This document shows, piece by piece, positions 1 to 11,210 of a stretch of 33,391 bases of DNA (positions within the stretch are counted from its first letter, which is position 1; every line of letters starts with the position of its first letter). Source of the stretch: an uncultured delta proteobacterium (lineage in GTDB: Bacteria > Desulfobacterota > Binatia > UBA9968); assembly GCA_963840855.1 (NCBI GenBank), contig CAWJBB010000077.1:1-33391 (forward strand), in the 5' to 3' direction. The notes beneath the pieces were generated by a model, which was given only the letters and a program-made list of their open reading frames with translations, was not told where the DNA came from and did no database searches. The translations under genes were made by a program, and so were the position numbers.

Positions 1-189
1 CTGAGGACGAGAAAAGAAAAAAGAAAAAGGAGGCCTAGGAAGGCGAGGCCTCAGACTGACCCACCTAACTCCTGACCCGCACAAAGGTCGTAGCGCAATG
101 GAATCCGCTAACGCATAATTTCGCCGCTCAGGGCGATCATTCACGGCAATTTGAAAAAAGTCGAGTATGAGCAAATCAGCCCACGATTC

Positions 190-256
190 GATTGAAGGCT
201 GCGATATAAATCTTGGCTAAGATTCAGTCGTAGGAGAAATCAGTTCAATCCTGGCA
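190..256. repeat. Junction site copy 1 (GATTGAA...GGAGAAATCAGTTCAATCCTGGCA)
   Basis: 226-256 is identical (31/31) to 15658-15688; lies just past the stop codon of the SBP gene. Confidence 0.85.
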
Positions 257-269
257 GCGCTGCTGGTTT

Positions 270-1238
270 TCACTTAATCACTTTATCTGCTCTCGCCAGC
301 ACGTTAGGCGGGATCGTCAGGCCGATTTGCTTGGCGGTTTTCAGATTGACGATGAAGAGTAATTTAGTTGGGCGCTCCACGGGGATTTCGCCTGCCTTGG
401 TTCCTTTGAGAATCTTGTCGACAACCCGGGCCACTTGCCGGGCGATGTCCGAGTCGTTCGCACCATAGCTCGCCAAAGCTTCCTCCGTGCTTCCTGTGCG
501 CGCGTGGAATATGGTGGGGAGCCGCTTGGCATTTGCGGCCTGGATGATCTCTTTATAGTGCGCCGTGGGTTGGCCGCCGGGAATCGCAAGAAAAGCGTCA
601 ACGTCACTCAGCGCTTTCAATGCTTGGATTATCTCCTGGCTGGTGCGCGTCTCTCGCTGTACAAGCGTGATGCCGAGTTTTGGCGCGGGGTCCCGGGCGG
701 CCTCCACTCCTTGCTTGGGCGAATCGTCGCGCGGGTCGTACATCACCATTACTCGGCGAACTCTTGGCGCCACCTCTTTCAAAAGCTCCAGCCGTTTGCC
801 CGACAGCTCCGGATACTCAAAGGTCATCCCAGTGGTATTGCTACCAGGACGAGCCAGACTCATAACTAGGCCGGATGCCACAGGGTCACCTGGTGTTATA
901 AAAACAATTGGCAGATCAGTTGAGACTTGGCGAATCAACGTTACCAGTCGCGAGCCGATGGCGAAGAACAGCCGAATGCGCTGCTGCATCACCCGTTCAA
1001 CCACGGCTCGTTCATTCGCTCGGTCGTCCCTTGAGACGCGTCCTTCGACAATCACTATGGCCTGTTCCGAGTAGCCGAGGTCCCGAAGCCCGTGCTTAAG
1101 GCCAGCCACAAGTTCAGAAAACCGAGGCTCTTCCGGCGCGCCGAGCACTCCAATCCGAGCACCACTCACTTGGCCCAGAGCTGGACTAACGGAAAGCAGC
1201 ATTAAGAAAGTCGATAACAGAGATCTCATTCGCCTCAT
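270..1238 (-). CDS. ABC transporter substrate-binding protein (ABC_sub_bind / periplasmic binding protein type I)
   Basis: Signal peptide; motifs DPVASGLVxSLARPGxNxTG, GKRLELLKE and C-terminal NLKTAKQIGLTIPPNVLARADKVIK; start ATG 1238 or 1229. Confidence 0.9.
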   Translation of the reverse strand: MRRMRSLLSTFLMLLSVSPALGQVSGARIGVLGAPEEPRFSELVAGLKHGLRDLGYSEQAIVIVEGRVSRDDRANERAVVERVMQQRIRLFFAIGSRLVTLIRQVSTDLPIVFITPGDPVASGLVMSLARPGSNTTGMTFEYPELSGKRLELLKEVAPRVRRVMVMYDPRDDSPKQGVEAARDPAPKLGITLVQRETRTSQEIIQALKALSDVDAFLAIPGGQPTAHYKEIIQAANAKRLPTIFHARTGSTEEALASYGANDSDIARQVARVVDKILKGTKAGEIPVERPTKLLFIVNLKTAKQIGLTIPPNVLARADKVIK

Positions 1239-1338
1239 TTTGTTTCCGAATACCAAACCTGTCCTGAGCAAATGCGAACAGTTTCAGTGGTCCCCGCAGC
1301 TACATCTGTCGTATCTTTAGGCGGAAGGCAACACGTTC

Positions 1339-2568
1339 TTACCGGCGCAATGGAATCATGAGCAAGCCGCTTGCTGCCATGAGCGCAAGCGCGCCTCCTG
1401 CGAGAAACGGAGCCGCCGGACCGTACCAATCCCAGAGTAATCCTGCAAGCATACTGGCAGGAAAAGCCACTATTCCGAGCGCAGCGTTGAAGATTCCGTA
1501 GGCTGTACCGCGGAGGTGCTCAGGAACTAAATCGGCTACTAACGCGCTAGAAGCTCCTAGAAACGCTCCATAGTAGAGGCCGTATCCAGTGTAAAGAATC
1601 CAAACGTGCCACCATGCCGACGCAAAGGCAAAGCCAATGTAAATCAGAGCGTAGATAACCCACCCTGCCAATATCAAGCCACGCCGCCCCATAGTGTCAG
1701 AGAGAGCGCCCCCCCTTGTCGAGGTAAGAGTAACGACAAGGTTGAAGACAGCAACGACGAGAAAAATTTCAACTGTCGAGAATCCGAGCGTCTGGGCTCG
1801 GAGCATGAGAAAGGCATCGCTAGAGTTACCGAGTGTGAAGATAGTTAGGACCACGATGAAAGCCCAGAAACGGCTGTCCATTTGCGACCAGGCCAGGCGA
1901 GGCGAACCATTCAATGGCTTCGGCTGCTCCTCGACCCATTTTGCCAGCACCCCGACCGCGGCAAGGCCGGGAAATACCGCGAGCAGCACAAGCCATTGAT
2001 AACTTCCCCGAGTGAGCGCCACTGCGTCCTGCTGGCTTAGGTAGACTACGGCCGCCGCGATAAGCAATCCAATCACTGCGCCCGCCTTATCCATTGCCTT
2101 ATTGAAGCCGAATGCGCGACCTCGCATTTCAGGCGGAGTAACATCTGCGATCAAAGCATCCCGAGGCGCCGTACGGATGCCTTTGCCGACCCGATCGAGG
2201 AATCGGACAACAAGCACTAGTCCCCAAGAAGTGGCAAAGTAGAGTAGTGGTTTGGTGAAATTGGAAAGACCATAGCCCCATAGGGCCAAGGCTTTTTTGT
2301 GGCCGATGCGGTCCGAGAGATGGCCGGAAACGAGTTTAAGTAAAGTCGATGTGCTTTCAGCGATTCCTTCGATAAGTCCGATGACCGTAGTCCTAACTCC
2401 CAACACATTAGCTAAGAACAACGGCAAAGTTCTGACTGCAACTTCGCTTGAGAGGTCGTTTAGGAGGCTAACCACCCCCAGCGCGCGCACCGTCGGATCT
2501 AACTGAGCTGGTTTCTGATTGGCGATGCTACCTATAGCAACGCTATGCTCAGAAGGGACACTAGGCAT
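1339..2568 (-). CDS. MFS transporter
   Basis: About 12 hydrophobic segments; motifs GHLSDRIGHK and DRVGKGIRTAPRDALIAD. Confidence 0.9.
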   Translation of the reverse strand: MPSVPSEHSVAIGSIANQKPAQLDPTVRALGVVSLLNDLSSEVAVRTLPLFLANVLGVRTTVIGLIEGIAESTSTLLKLVSGHLSDRIGHKKALALWGYGLSNFTKPLLYFATSWGLVLVVRFLDRVGKGIRTAPRDALIADVTPPEMRGRAFGFNKAMDKAGAVIGLLIAAAVVYLSQQDAVALTRGSYQWLVLLAVFPGLAAVGVLAKWVEEQPKPLNGSPRLAWSQMDSRFWAFIVVLTIFTLGNSSDAFLMLRAQTLGFSTVEIFLVVAVFNLVVTLTSTRGGALSDTMGRRGLILAGWVIYALIYIGFAFASAWWHVWILYTGYGLYYGAFLGASSALVADLVPEHLRGTAYGIFNAALGIVAFPASMLAGLLWDWYGPAAPFLAGGALALMAASGLLMIPLRR

Positions 2569-2818
2569 ATCGGATCCTATCCCACTTAAACATCACTGTG
2601 CAATTTAGCTGCGGGGTGTCTGTTACTCCTTCTAAATTCTGAGCAGCTGACAGCCCGTGTTCAACTGCGAGGCCAAGCGGCATTCGCCGGGCTGCACGCT
2701 GGTATCAGCGGCTCCTAAACTTCCTATGGGCTACGTTGTTAGTGCGAGCCGGATTGCTGATAGAAGGATGATTCTGGCGGGATACCGCTTGGCCGATCTG
2801 CTGACGCGGATACTCAAA

Positions 2819-2856
2819 CTTTGATAGACGAAGAAATCAGTTAGTTCAATCTTAGC
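2819..2856. repeat. Junction site copy 2 (right arm, variant)
   Basis: tttgatagacgaagaaatcagttagttcaatc resembles tttgttagaccgagaaatcaatttaatt at 4112-4139 and the copy 1 right arm. Confidence 0.6.
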
Positions 2857-2905
2857 GACTTCTCGCGGAGCGGGCTTGAGAACGATGCGAGGTGCGAACG
2901 GAGTA

Positions 2906-3652
2906 TTATTTCATGAAGGAACCCTCCGTGATCGTCTGGTTTCCGCCGGCTTCTATCGCCAACACCTCAAACAGTTGCTCCCCTGGGGCGAGAGATTGGA
3001 CGAATTGTGGTGTAACCGTCACACACATCGATAAGCTGGCGGGGACGGTGACGATGGTGCACGGGATGTTGGCCGGGACAGTGACCTGAAACGCGCCGAC
3101 GATGACTTGGTAGCCGACGATGTTGATTGGTAGACTCGTTAGCGAACCTGCGGGGGCGTTCCAGCTGATGACGAGGGAGTTACCATTTAGCACTGCGCGG
3201 ACATTGAAGGGCCCGTCCGGAATAGCGTGCGAGAGCGTCGCCGTGCCCACGATCCTTTCTCCGTCAACCGTCTTGCCCACGAGGTCATAGTCCCCCGCTG
3301 GGAACTGCGCCAAAAGCTCCTCGAGCGGGACGTCGGCCAGGTCCGGCTCAGCGCCCTCGAAGAACAGCTCGGTAAGGCCGAGATCCTTGTAGGGCCCTTT
3401 GCCCTTGACCTCGAAGATCTTGCGCCCATTCGGGTTGACTATCTTGAACTCCTTCCAGTCTTCTCCGTCGAGGAAGACGTGAACGCCCAGATCACCCAGT
3501 TCGCTAGCCGAGGAGTTGAACTCGAAGAAGATCTTCGCAATGTCGAAGGAGATGCCCTTTTTCTTTGCCCGAGCCTCTGTGGCAGCGGCCGTCAAGATAA
3601 TAGCGGCCATTGCTACCGAAAAAACGTACAACATACGCATGTGTCTCTTCAT
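2906..3652 (-). CDS. Secreted hypothetical protein with Fn3-like C-terminal region
   Basis: RBS aggaga; signal peptide; C-terminal PxNVRA...LVISWNAP...GYQV is Fn3-like. Confidence 0.75.
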   Translation of the reverse strand: MKRHMRMLYVFSVAMAAIILTAAATEARAKKKGISFDIAKIFFEFNSSASELGDLGVHVFLDGEDWKEFKIVNPNGRKIFEVKGKGPYKDLGLTELFFEGAEPDLADVPLEELLAQFPAGDYDLVGKTVDGERIVGTATLSHAIPDGPFNVRAVLNGNSLVISWNAPAGSLTSLPINIVGYQVIVGAFQVTVPANIPCTIVTVPASLSMCVTVTPQFVQSLAPGEQLFEVLAIEAGGNQTITEGSFMK

Positions 3653-3759
3653 TTTGATCTCCTGTCCAATTGTTAATCTTAAGGAACCGCCTAACCATTT
3701 CGGCTTACCGGCGGCGGGATAAGGAAGCCGACATGGAGGGTGTTAAATCATCCCCGCTG

Positions 3760-3843
3760 TCAGGTGTAGTCGGTAGAAAAGACGGAAGAACATGCCAGGG
3801 TGGATAAACATACGATGGGCCGAGTGACCGGACTGATTTTCAT
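3760..3843 (-). CDS. Possible 27-aa small ORF or gene remnant (MKISPVTRPIVCLSTLACSSVFSTDYT)
   Basis: Strong RBS gggagg before ATG; TTGACA about 120 bp upstream on the minus strand (3967-3962). Confidence 0.3.
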   Translation of the reverse strand: MKISPVTRPIVCLSTLACSSVFSTDYT

Positions 3844-4078
3844 GGTGCACCTCCCTTGGGGGCAACGTTAGCGGAGGGAGTCAGTGTGGCCGCCTATCCC
3901 AGACAGCTCTTAGACCAACTTAGACCAGAATTGCACTTAATATCCCTCTCTTACGAAAATCTTGTCAAGCGGCTATTGGGTGAAAAATTGCTGCTGCTCT
4001 GGCGTCCTCAGGCTATCAGCCCGCAGCCTATTTCCGTCTTGAGACCCGTCGCCAGGCTCTCCAATTCCGTTGAAATTG

Positions 4079-4139
4079 AATTGAACGACCCATCCGGCAA
4101 ATCTTAAAGGATTTGTTAGACCGAGAAATCAATTTAATT
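4079..4139. repeat. Junction site copy 3
   Basis: aattgaac...aaatctt...gatt...gagaaatcaatttaatt; same 61-bp span as copy 1 (190-250). Confidence 0.65.
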
Positions 4140-4235
4140 ACATGGTTGACATTCCCCGTGTGCGTCACGCCACGATGAACATCGGCCACAATTCAGTGGC
4201 AAAGTTTAAGAGAAAAATGCTGTTGACTGGGCCTC

Positions 4236-4870
4236 GGTTCCAGCGGCGCCATGACGATATGGGTGGTGCCGACTTTGTATGCACTCTTCAGTTGCAAAAA
4301 CGACATCGCCGGCGCGGTTACGCTTGAGCCGTTCGTTGGCGATCGCTGGACGGGTGATATAGCGGCAGAGATGCTCCAGCTGTTGGCGCTGATCGGCGCC
4401 CCAGCGCACCGCCGCATGGAGGCTGAAGCCGTGGAGTTTAGCGCACAGGTCCTGCGATGATGGTTTGTCTGGGCTCGGCACGCTTTGCAGACTCAGCACC
4501 TTCTGGCCTGCTCGCGGCTCGAGCGCGATGCGGTAGCTGCACGAGGCCGCTTGCAGGGTCAAAAGCGAGCTTTCCCTATCCGCTTCGGCGAGGTAGGTGC
4601 GGTCTTGCTCTTCGATGACAATCCCCTGCTTGGTCAACAATCGCATGATGCGCGTGATGATCTTAGCAAGTAAGACCTGCAGTTCTTCGCTAGTCGGGGC
4701 AGCCACCTCATGGAAACCCGCCCCCGCCCTCGCTGTGCCGATAGACGCCGTCGAGCACCAGGCAGTGCAGATGAATATTCAAAATTGGCGGCGGAGCCGA
4801 AGCGCTGGATGAGCGTGACCGCACCCGTGTTGGCTTGGCGGCGTTTCAGTCCCGCCTGCTTGCCCAGGAA
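4236..4870 (-). mobile_element. IS91-family (HUH, rolling-circle) transposase internal fragment, frameshifted pseudogene
   Basis: Joined frames give GAVTLIQRFGSAAN-LNIHLHCLVLDGVY (HUH), GFSLHAAVR, LEHLCRYITRPAIANERL and LKSAYKVGTTHIVMAPLE; +1 shifts near 4782 and 4298; both ends missing. Confidence 0.85.
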
Positions 4871-4994
4871 AAGTTTTCCGGTCAACCCTGAGTCGCGCTT
4901 TTATCCATGTTGACATTCAGTTTTACCCGGGATAGGGGAGGACAAGTTCCGTACGTTCGACGAGATTGGAACCCTTAACCATTTGGGAGGAACC

Positions 4995-6071
4995 ATGAAC
5001 AAAATTGTGACAACCACGGTGGTTTTTCTTGTTCCACTGGTCCTGGCAGTATTTTCGCGGGCTCCTGTGTCGGCCCAGGAGACGGCGGGCCAAATCCTAG
5101 CGAAGCTTAACAAACTACCGGGGGAAAAACGGCAGCAAGTCCTGGCGGAAAAGGCCAAGTCCGAGGGGGAGGTGACCTTCTATAGCTCCTTGCAGTCGTC
5201 CCAGTTGGAGCCTATCGCGCAACTGTTCAGCAAGCGGTATCCTTTCGTGAAGGTCAACACCGCGCGCATGTCAGGCGGGGCGCAGATCAACAAAATTCAA
5301 ACAGAATACCGGGTCCGCCGATATCTGGTGGACGTCATAAACGGGGGCGCGGAACAGGCGGCCGCTATCAAAGGGTTCGGGGCAGCTGACGCCTATGACT
5401 CGCCGCAACGCCAATTTTTCCCCCCCGAGCTTAAGGACAAAGAAAGCTACTTTACCTCGCTGTATATTACTCCCATGGTCCTGGGGTACAACACCAAGCT
5501 GGTTAAACCGAATGAGGCTCCCAAAAAATACGAAGATCTGCTCAACCCTAGATGGAAAAACGGCATGTTTCTCGACGATGAGGCGTTTGAATGGTACGCG
5601 GTTTTGCTCCGGCATTTCGGCAGAGAGAAGGGCCTGCAGTATATGAAGAAGCTTGCGCAACAGGATATCTCCATGCAGCGGGGGAGAACCGGTCAGACAC
5701 AACTGCTCGTAGCCGGCGAGCGGCCCATTGGTATCTACCTCTCAGGCCATACGGTGCTCGATCTCAAAGATAAGGGCGCCCCGCTCGGCTGGGTTGCGCT
5801 CGATCCTTATCTTTCTCAGGCGAACATGATCATGTTGGCGCGCCATGCGCCCCATCCTTATGCGGCCGCACTGTTCATCGATTGGAGCCTCTCAGAGGAA
5901 GGGCAGGGGATGATCACAACCTTTGGCCGTGTTGTGGCACGCAACGGGGTTAAGCAGAGATTCCCGGAACTGATTGAAAAGAAGAGCACCTTGGTCGACG
6001 CGGAGATGATGGGTCCCATTCTGGCCGAGACTTCCAAAGAATTCAGGTCGATCTTCATGCCCGGGCGCTGA
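4995..6071 (+). CDS. Extracellular solute-binding protein (Fe3+/polyamine/thiamine-type SBP)
   Basis: RBS ggagg; signal peptide; AKSEGEVTFYSS, YNTKLV...PKKYEDLLNPRWK, APHPYAAALFIDWSLSEEGQ. Confidence 0.9.
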   Translation: MNKIVTTTVVFLVPLVLAVFSRAPVSAQETAGQILAKLNKLPGEKRQQVLAEKAKSEGEVTFYSSLQSSQLEPIAQLFSKRYPFVKVNTARMSGGAQINKIQTEYRVRRYLVDVINGGAEQAAAIKGFGAADAYDSPQRQFFPPELKDKESYFTSLYITPMVLGYNTKLVKPNEAPKKYEDLLNPRWKNGMFLDDEAFEWYAVLLRHFGREKGLQYMKKLAQQDISMQRGRTGQTQLLVAGERPIGIYLSGHTVLDLKDKGAPLGWVALDPYLSQANMIMLARHAPHPYAAALFIDWSLSEEGQGMITTFGRVVARNGVKQRFPELIEKKSTLVDAEMMGPILAETSKEFRSIFMPGR

Positions 6072-6311
6072 GAGCGCTTAGAATTTCAGACGCCTCGGTT
6101 TTTTCCCCTGCCCCTCTGTGCGTAACGGCGTGGAGCGCCCGAAATGATGCCTGAAGCGGGTAGACCCTAGCCCTCGCTCGAACTCAGAGCGAGCGGCTCC
6201 GTCGGCTGGCGTTGGCAACCGGTTTCGGCTCCTCAGATTGTCTGGAATAGATCGAATCGCTGCGCCGGGGAGCGCGGCGGGGCGCGGGTCGGTACGCCTG
6301 AATGGCTGTCT

Positions 6312-6595
6312 TCACTTGATCACTCTGTCCGCTCTCGCCAGCACATTCGGCGGAATCGTCAGCCTGATCTGCTTCGCTGCTTTCAGATTGATGATGAACT
6401 CGAACTTCTTCGGCTGCTCTACGGGAAGATCGGCGGGCTTGACGCCTTTGAGCATCTTATCGACGTACGTGGCGGCACGTCGGAATAAGTCGGCACGATT
6501 CGGTCCATATGCCATGAGACCCCCAGCCTCGGTGAATGTGGACGATGAGTATATCGCTGGCAGCCGGTTCTTGGCCGCGAGGTCCACAATCAATG
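6312..6595 (-). pseudogene. 3' fragment of an ABC_sub_bind SBP gene
   Basis: Only the C-terminal ~93 aa (IVDLAAKNRLPAIY...IPPNVLARADRVIK) match the full copies. Confidence 0.85.
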
Positions 6596-6677
6596 CTAGA
6601 TAGACCCTATGCGTGACCCTACAGATCGAGATTGACCTCTTTCCCGAACCGATATGCACGATCAATCTTCGCGCATG

Positions 6678-7760
6678 TCAACGCTCAACTCCGATGGCGT
6701 CCGGAGCACTGGCCTCACGTAGCGTGAATCCTTCCATTGAGACCGTGTACTCGTTGGCTTGAGAATCGTAGCGGGTACAAGACTGGGTGGGGTAGTAGCC
6801 CTTGAGGTTCACGGCTGGCGGCGACTTTATCGGGAAACAAGCAGCGGGCCGGCTCAGCATGTACTCACGCGTCAACATTTCCTCAAAGAACGTGACGCGG
6901 CCGTCATAGACGCCGTAGATCCAGGTGCGGGTGAACTTCTTGCCGTTGAATTCGGCGCTCGTCGGGTCGATGAGGTGATTGCCCATCGCCGGCGCCACCG
7001 CGTCCACGTTTTTGAAGTCGCCATGCATGTAATTGGCTGGCAGCGGCTTGGTCGCGAGCTTGAACTGGTCGCAGCGGACGAATTCGGGGCCGCAGGGCCC
7101 CGATTCAATAGCGAAGATCTTCTCGATCGGTTCGATATAAAAGTGGACATCGAAGTGCGGCAAGTCATACACCCCGGGAGGGATATGTCCGTGCGGGTTC
7201 CAGTTCAGGCCCACCCATTTGAATAGGATCTCTGGGCGCCGAGCCGCTTCACTGGGCAGTGGGATGATCCACTCGTGGGAAGCGAAGCACTCGGTCTGCC
7301 GGTCAACCTTGCCATCCTTGTTCCGGTCAAAGCAGTGATTTCCATCGGAAACCGCGGTGGGAAGTCCCTCTAAAGCACTTGCCTGGAATACGATGCCGAT
7401 CGCTCTGGGTGCTCCGTTGTTGTCAAACTCGGCGTAGCTCGACACTGTCCCGTTACCGACGCTGGAATTGGCGCCGAGCAAACGCCCAGTCGATATCTCA
7501 GCCTGCCTATTTTCCGAACATCCCAGGATTGCCAACAGAGTGAACAACAAAATTATTTTTCGCAGGTTGGTCGCCTTTAACCGTCGACGTGTCACCGACG
7601 ATCGAAAGGTATCGCGGTTTGATCCGCGTCCTCTTGGTCTAATCCCAACATGTTTCATGGTTTTACTTTGAGACTTTTCTAACAGCCAAGTTCGTAGAAG
7701 TTGCGCGTCTCTTCCGAGTCGCGACAACGATAAGCCCCTATGCTGGAGCCGGCGAATCAT
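6678..7760 (-). CDS. TTHB210/DUF5602-like predicted lipoprotein (true start probably near 7565-7658)
   Basis: WNPHGHIPPGVYDLPHFDVHFY and VAPAMGNHLID motifs; lipobox-like RKIILLFTLLAILGC. Confidence 0.7.
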   Translation of the reverse strand: MIRRLQHRGLSLSRLGRDAQLLRTWLLEKSQSKTMKHVGIRPRGRGSNRDTFRSSVTRRRLKATNLRKIILLFTLLAILGCSENRQAEISTGRLLGANSSVGNGTVSSYAEFDNNGAPRAIGIVFQASALEGLPTAVSDGNHCFDRNKDGKVDRQTECFASHEWIIPLPSEAARRPEILFKWVGLNWNPHGHIPPGVYDLPHFDVHFYIEPIEKIFAIESGPCGPEFVRCDQFKLATKPLPANYMHGDFKNVDAVAPAMGNHLIDPTSAEFNGKKFTRTWIYGVYDGRVTFFEEMLTREYMLSRPAACFPIKSPPAVNLKGYYPTQSCTRYDSQANEYTVSMEGFTLREASAPDAIGVER

Positions 7761-7788
7761 CGGATCTCGCTCGCGTGACCCAATGGAC

Positions 7789-8464
7789 TCAGATGGTGAT
7801 GAATGGTGTGTCCTTGATCGAAGCGGCGAATCCGTCGCTGACCTCGTGCACCTTGGCCCAGCTCTTGAGGCCTTTCATGCGGCGCAACCAGTGCTCGACG
7901 TTCGGATATGTCGAGTAGCGGCAACAGATGAGATCACCCACAGGCAACTATCTCCACGCCAAAGTAATCCGCCAAGGTCATCTTGTCACCGCAAAGAAAA
8001 GACTTCTTCGGGCCGAGCAGATGCTCGTCGAGGATCTTCAACCAACCCTGCGCTTTCTGCTTTCCCCAGGCCACCGTCCCTTCCTGAATCTCGTCGCTGG
8101 GTCGCTTGTGGTGGGGGAACAGCTGCGGATAGATCAGTCCGTAGCCTAAATCTTTATACAGGTTGGCGTTGAACCAGTCCATCATTTCGTTGACGCGCGC
8201 ACGTTCCTTCAGGTCCTTCGGATACGCAGCGGACCCCACCTTCTCGGCGAGGTACTTAAGGATCGCGGAGCTTTCCGTCAGCCGGAAGTCGCCGTCCTCG
8301 AGCGCTGGAACCAGGCAGTTGGGGTTGATCGCGGCGAAATCGGGCTTGAGATGTTCGCCGGTGAACAGATCGACGACCTTGTAGTCGAGATCGATGCCCT
8401 CTTCCGACGCAAACAACATGATCATTCTACTGGTGGTCGATGCAGGATGGTAATAAAGCCTCAT
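7789..8464 (-). pseudogene. Glutathione S-transferase family protein, frameshifted near 7943
   Basis: INPNCLVPALEDGDFRLTESSAILKYL; reading continues in another frame as GDLICCRYSTYPNVEHWLRRMK...FITI* to 7789. Confidence 0.85.
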
Positions 8465-8639
8465 AATTTTCCTTTCTTATCAGAAGGTAATTTCCTACTT
8501 TAAAACTTCACTACATTCATGCCTCTTTCCCCGCCGTGGATTCCGCTTCCGTATTGGTATGGATTCACCAGCATTGTCAGTTGCAGGATGAAGGCGGTAC
8601 GCTGACGGTTCGTCTCGCTTCGCGGTTCACCGTATTGCG

Positions 8640-9825
<1,186 letters not shown>

Positions 9826-9840
9826 GCTTGTTCCTGTCGC

Positions 9841-9933
9841 TTATTCCTTACGAAGCACCGGACGTTTGAACATTCCAATTCCTTTGATCTCCACTTCGAC
9901 GAGATCGCCGCCCTGAAGAAAATTGGGCGGGTC
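9841..9933 (-). pseudogene. C-terminal remnant of a fumarylacetoacetate hydrolase family gene
   Basis: Manual translation DPPNFLQGGDLVEVEIKGIGMFKRPVLRKE* matches the typical FAH C-terminus; stop lies 15 bp before pobA. Confidence 0.65.
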
Positions 9934-9983
9934 GGTCCATCAAGGTGTCGCGATATTTTCCAAAGAGCATCGGAACTTTTAAA

Positions 9984-11210
9984 TTAACTGGCTGTATGAT
10001 GGATCGAGGCCAATACCTGCTCGACGATCGCGTCGGCAAACTGCGGATCGTTGATGTGGCAGTCGAACTCGGTCACTGGCACGGACGCCGGCAGGGCCTT
10101 CTTCAGCGCGTCCGAGAACACCGGGCACAGCGACGGATCGTGCAGATGCCCCTCGGGGCTGTCGTGGTGCGAGAAGCCTTTTAGCGGCACGAAGAACGAG
10201 ACCGGCCCCTTGGCGCTGGCGATCAGGCCACCCAGGTGCTTCGCCAACTGCTGCAGTTCGCCAGCCTCGGTGCGCACCGCGGTAATCGCCTGGTTGTGGA
10301 TGTGATAACGTTTGCCCGGGAATTGCGTCTTCGCCATGTCGATGGGTCCGGACAGCATGAAGTCCGCGTTGCCCGGCGCGAAGATCACCGGCACGCCCTT
10401 CTCGAGTGCCGCTTTGGCGCGGTCCGGGCCGGCGCTGAACAGGCCGTTGTTCAGGTAATCGTTGATCTCGACCAGCGACACGTCGACGACCGCGGCGACG
10501 TCGCGCTCGCGCACGATCTGGTCCATCGCCATGCCGCCGGTACCGAGCGTGTGGAACACCATCACCTCGTAGCCCTTGCCCTCCAGCGACTTGCGCACGC
10601 GCACGGTGCAGCGATCGGTCGTGCCGAGCGTCGTCATCGCGATCAGCGGCTTCGGTTCGGTGCGCACCGGCGAATAGCTCTTCGCCATCGCGGCGGTGGC
10701 GATCGCCGCGTTGCGGAACGCGTCGCGGGTGATGCTGTTGAGCCCGGCGATGTCGCATACCGGGTTCACCATGATGATGTCCTTCGCGCCGACGAACGGC
10801 CGGGTGAAGCCCGATGCCATCGTCGACACCATCACCTTCGGCAGGCCGTACGGGAACGCCTGCATCACGACGCTGCCGAGCGTGGTGCCCATCGATCCGC
10901 CCACACCGATGATGCCGGCAATGCCATGCTTCGCCTGGGCCTCCAGCGCGCACTTGACGGCGCCTTCGATCATCACCGCCTGGCACTTGCCTTCATGACG
11001 CAGGTCGCGAACCTCCTGGATCGTCTTGCCGGCCGCTGCGGCGATGGCCTCCGGCGCGATCTCGACGTTCTTATCGGTCGACTCGCGGATGCTGGCGTCA
11101 AGGTGAACCACGTCCACCCCTTCGGCCTCCAGTGTCTGCCGGACGAATTGCGCTTCCACCGCCTTGGTGTCGAGCGTCACGATCATCAGAACCTTGGGTT
11201 TGCTGCTCAT
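9984..11210 (-). CDS. Tm-1-like ATP-binding domain / UPF0261 protein
   Basis: RBS aaggaga; TLDTK, GVGGSMGT, PYGLPKVMVST, CDIAGLNSI, VFHTLGTGG and CHINDPQFA motifs. Confidence 0.88.
   Translation of the reverse strand: MSSKPKVLMIVTLDTKAVEAQFVRQTLEAEGVDVVHLDASIRESTDKNVEIAPEAIAAAAGKTIQEVRDLRHEGKCQAVMIEGAVKCALEAQAKHGIAGIIGVGGSMGTTLGSVVMQAFPYGLPKVMVSTMASGFTRPFVGAKDIIMVNPVCDIAGLNSITRDAFRNAAIATAAMAKSYSPVRTEPKPLIAMTTLGTTDRCTVRVRKSLEGKGYEVMVFHTLGTGGMAMDQIVRERDVAAVVDVSLVEINDYLNNGLFSAGPDRAKAALEKGVPVIFAPGNADFMLSGPIDMAKTQFPGKRYHIHNQAITAVRTEAGELQQLAKHLGGLIASAKGPVSFFVPLKGFSHHDSPEGHLHDPSLCPVFSDALKKALPASVPVTEFDCHINDPQFADAIVEQVLASIHHTAS

Noticed and set aside
1-38. 3' end of an upstream gene (...EDEKRKKKKEA*)
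   Set aside because: Too short and low-complexity to assign.
6229-6248. Additional junction-site arm (ctcctcagattg)
   Set aside because: Resembles 16811 but lacks the AACT core and a right arm; could be chance.
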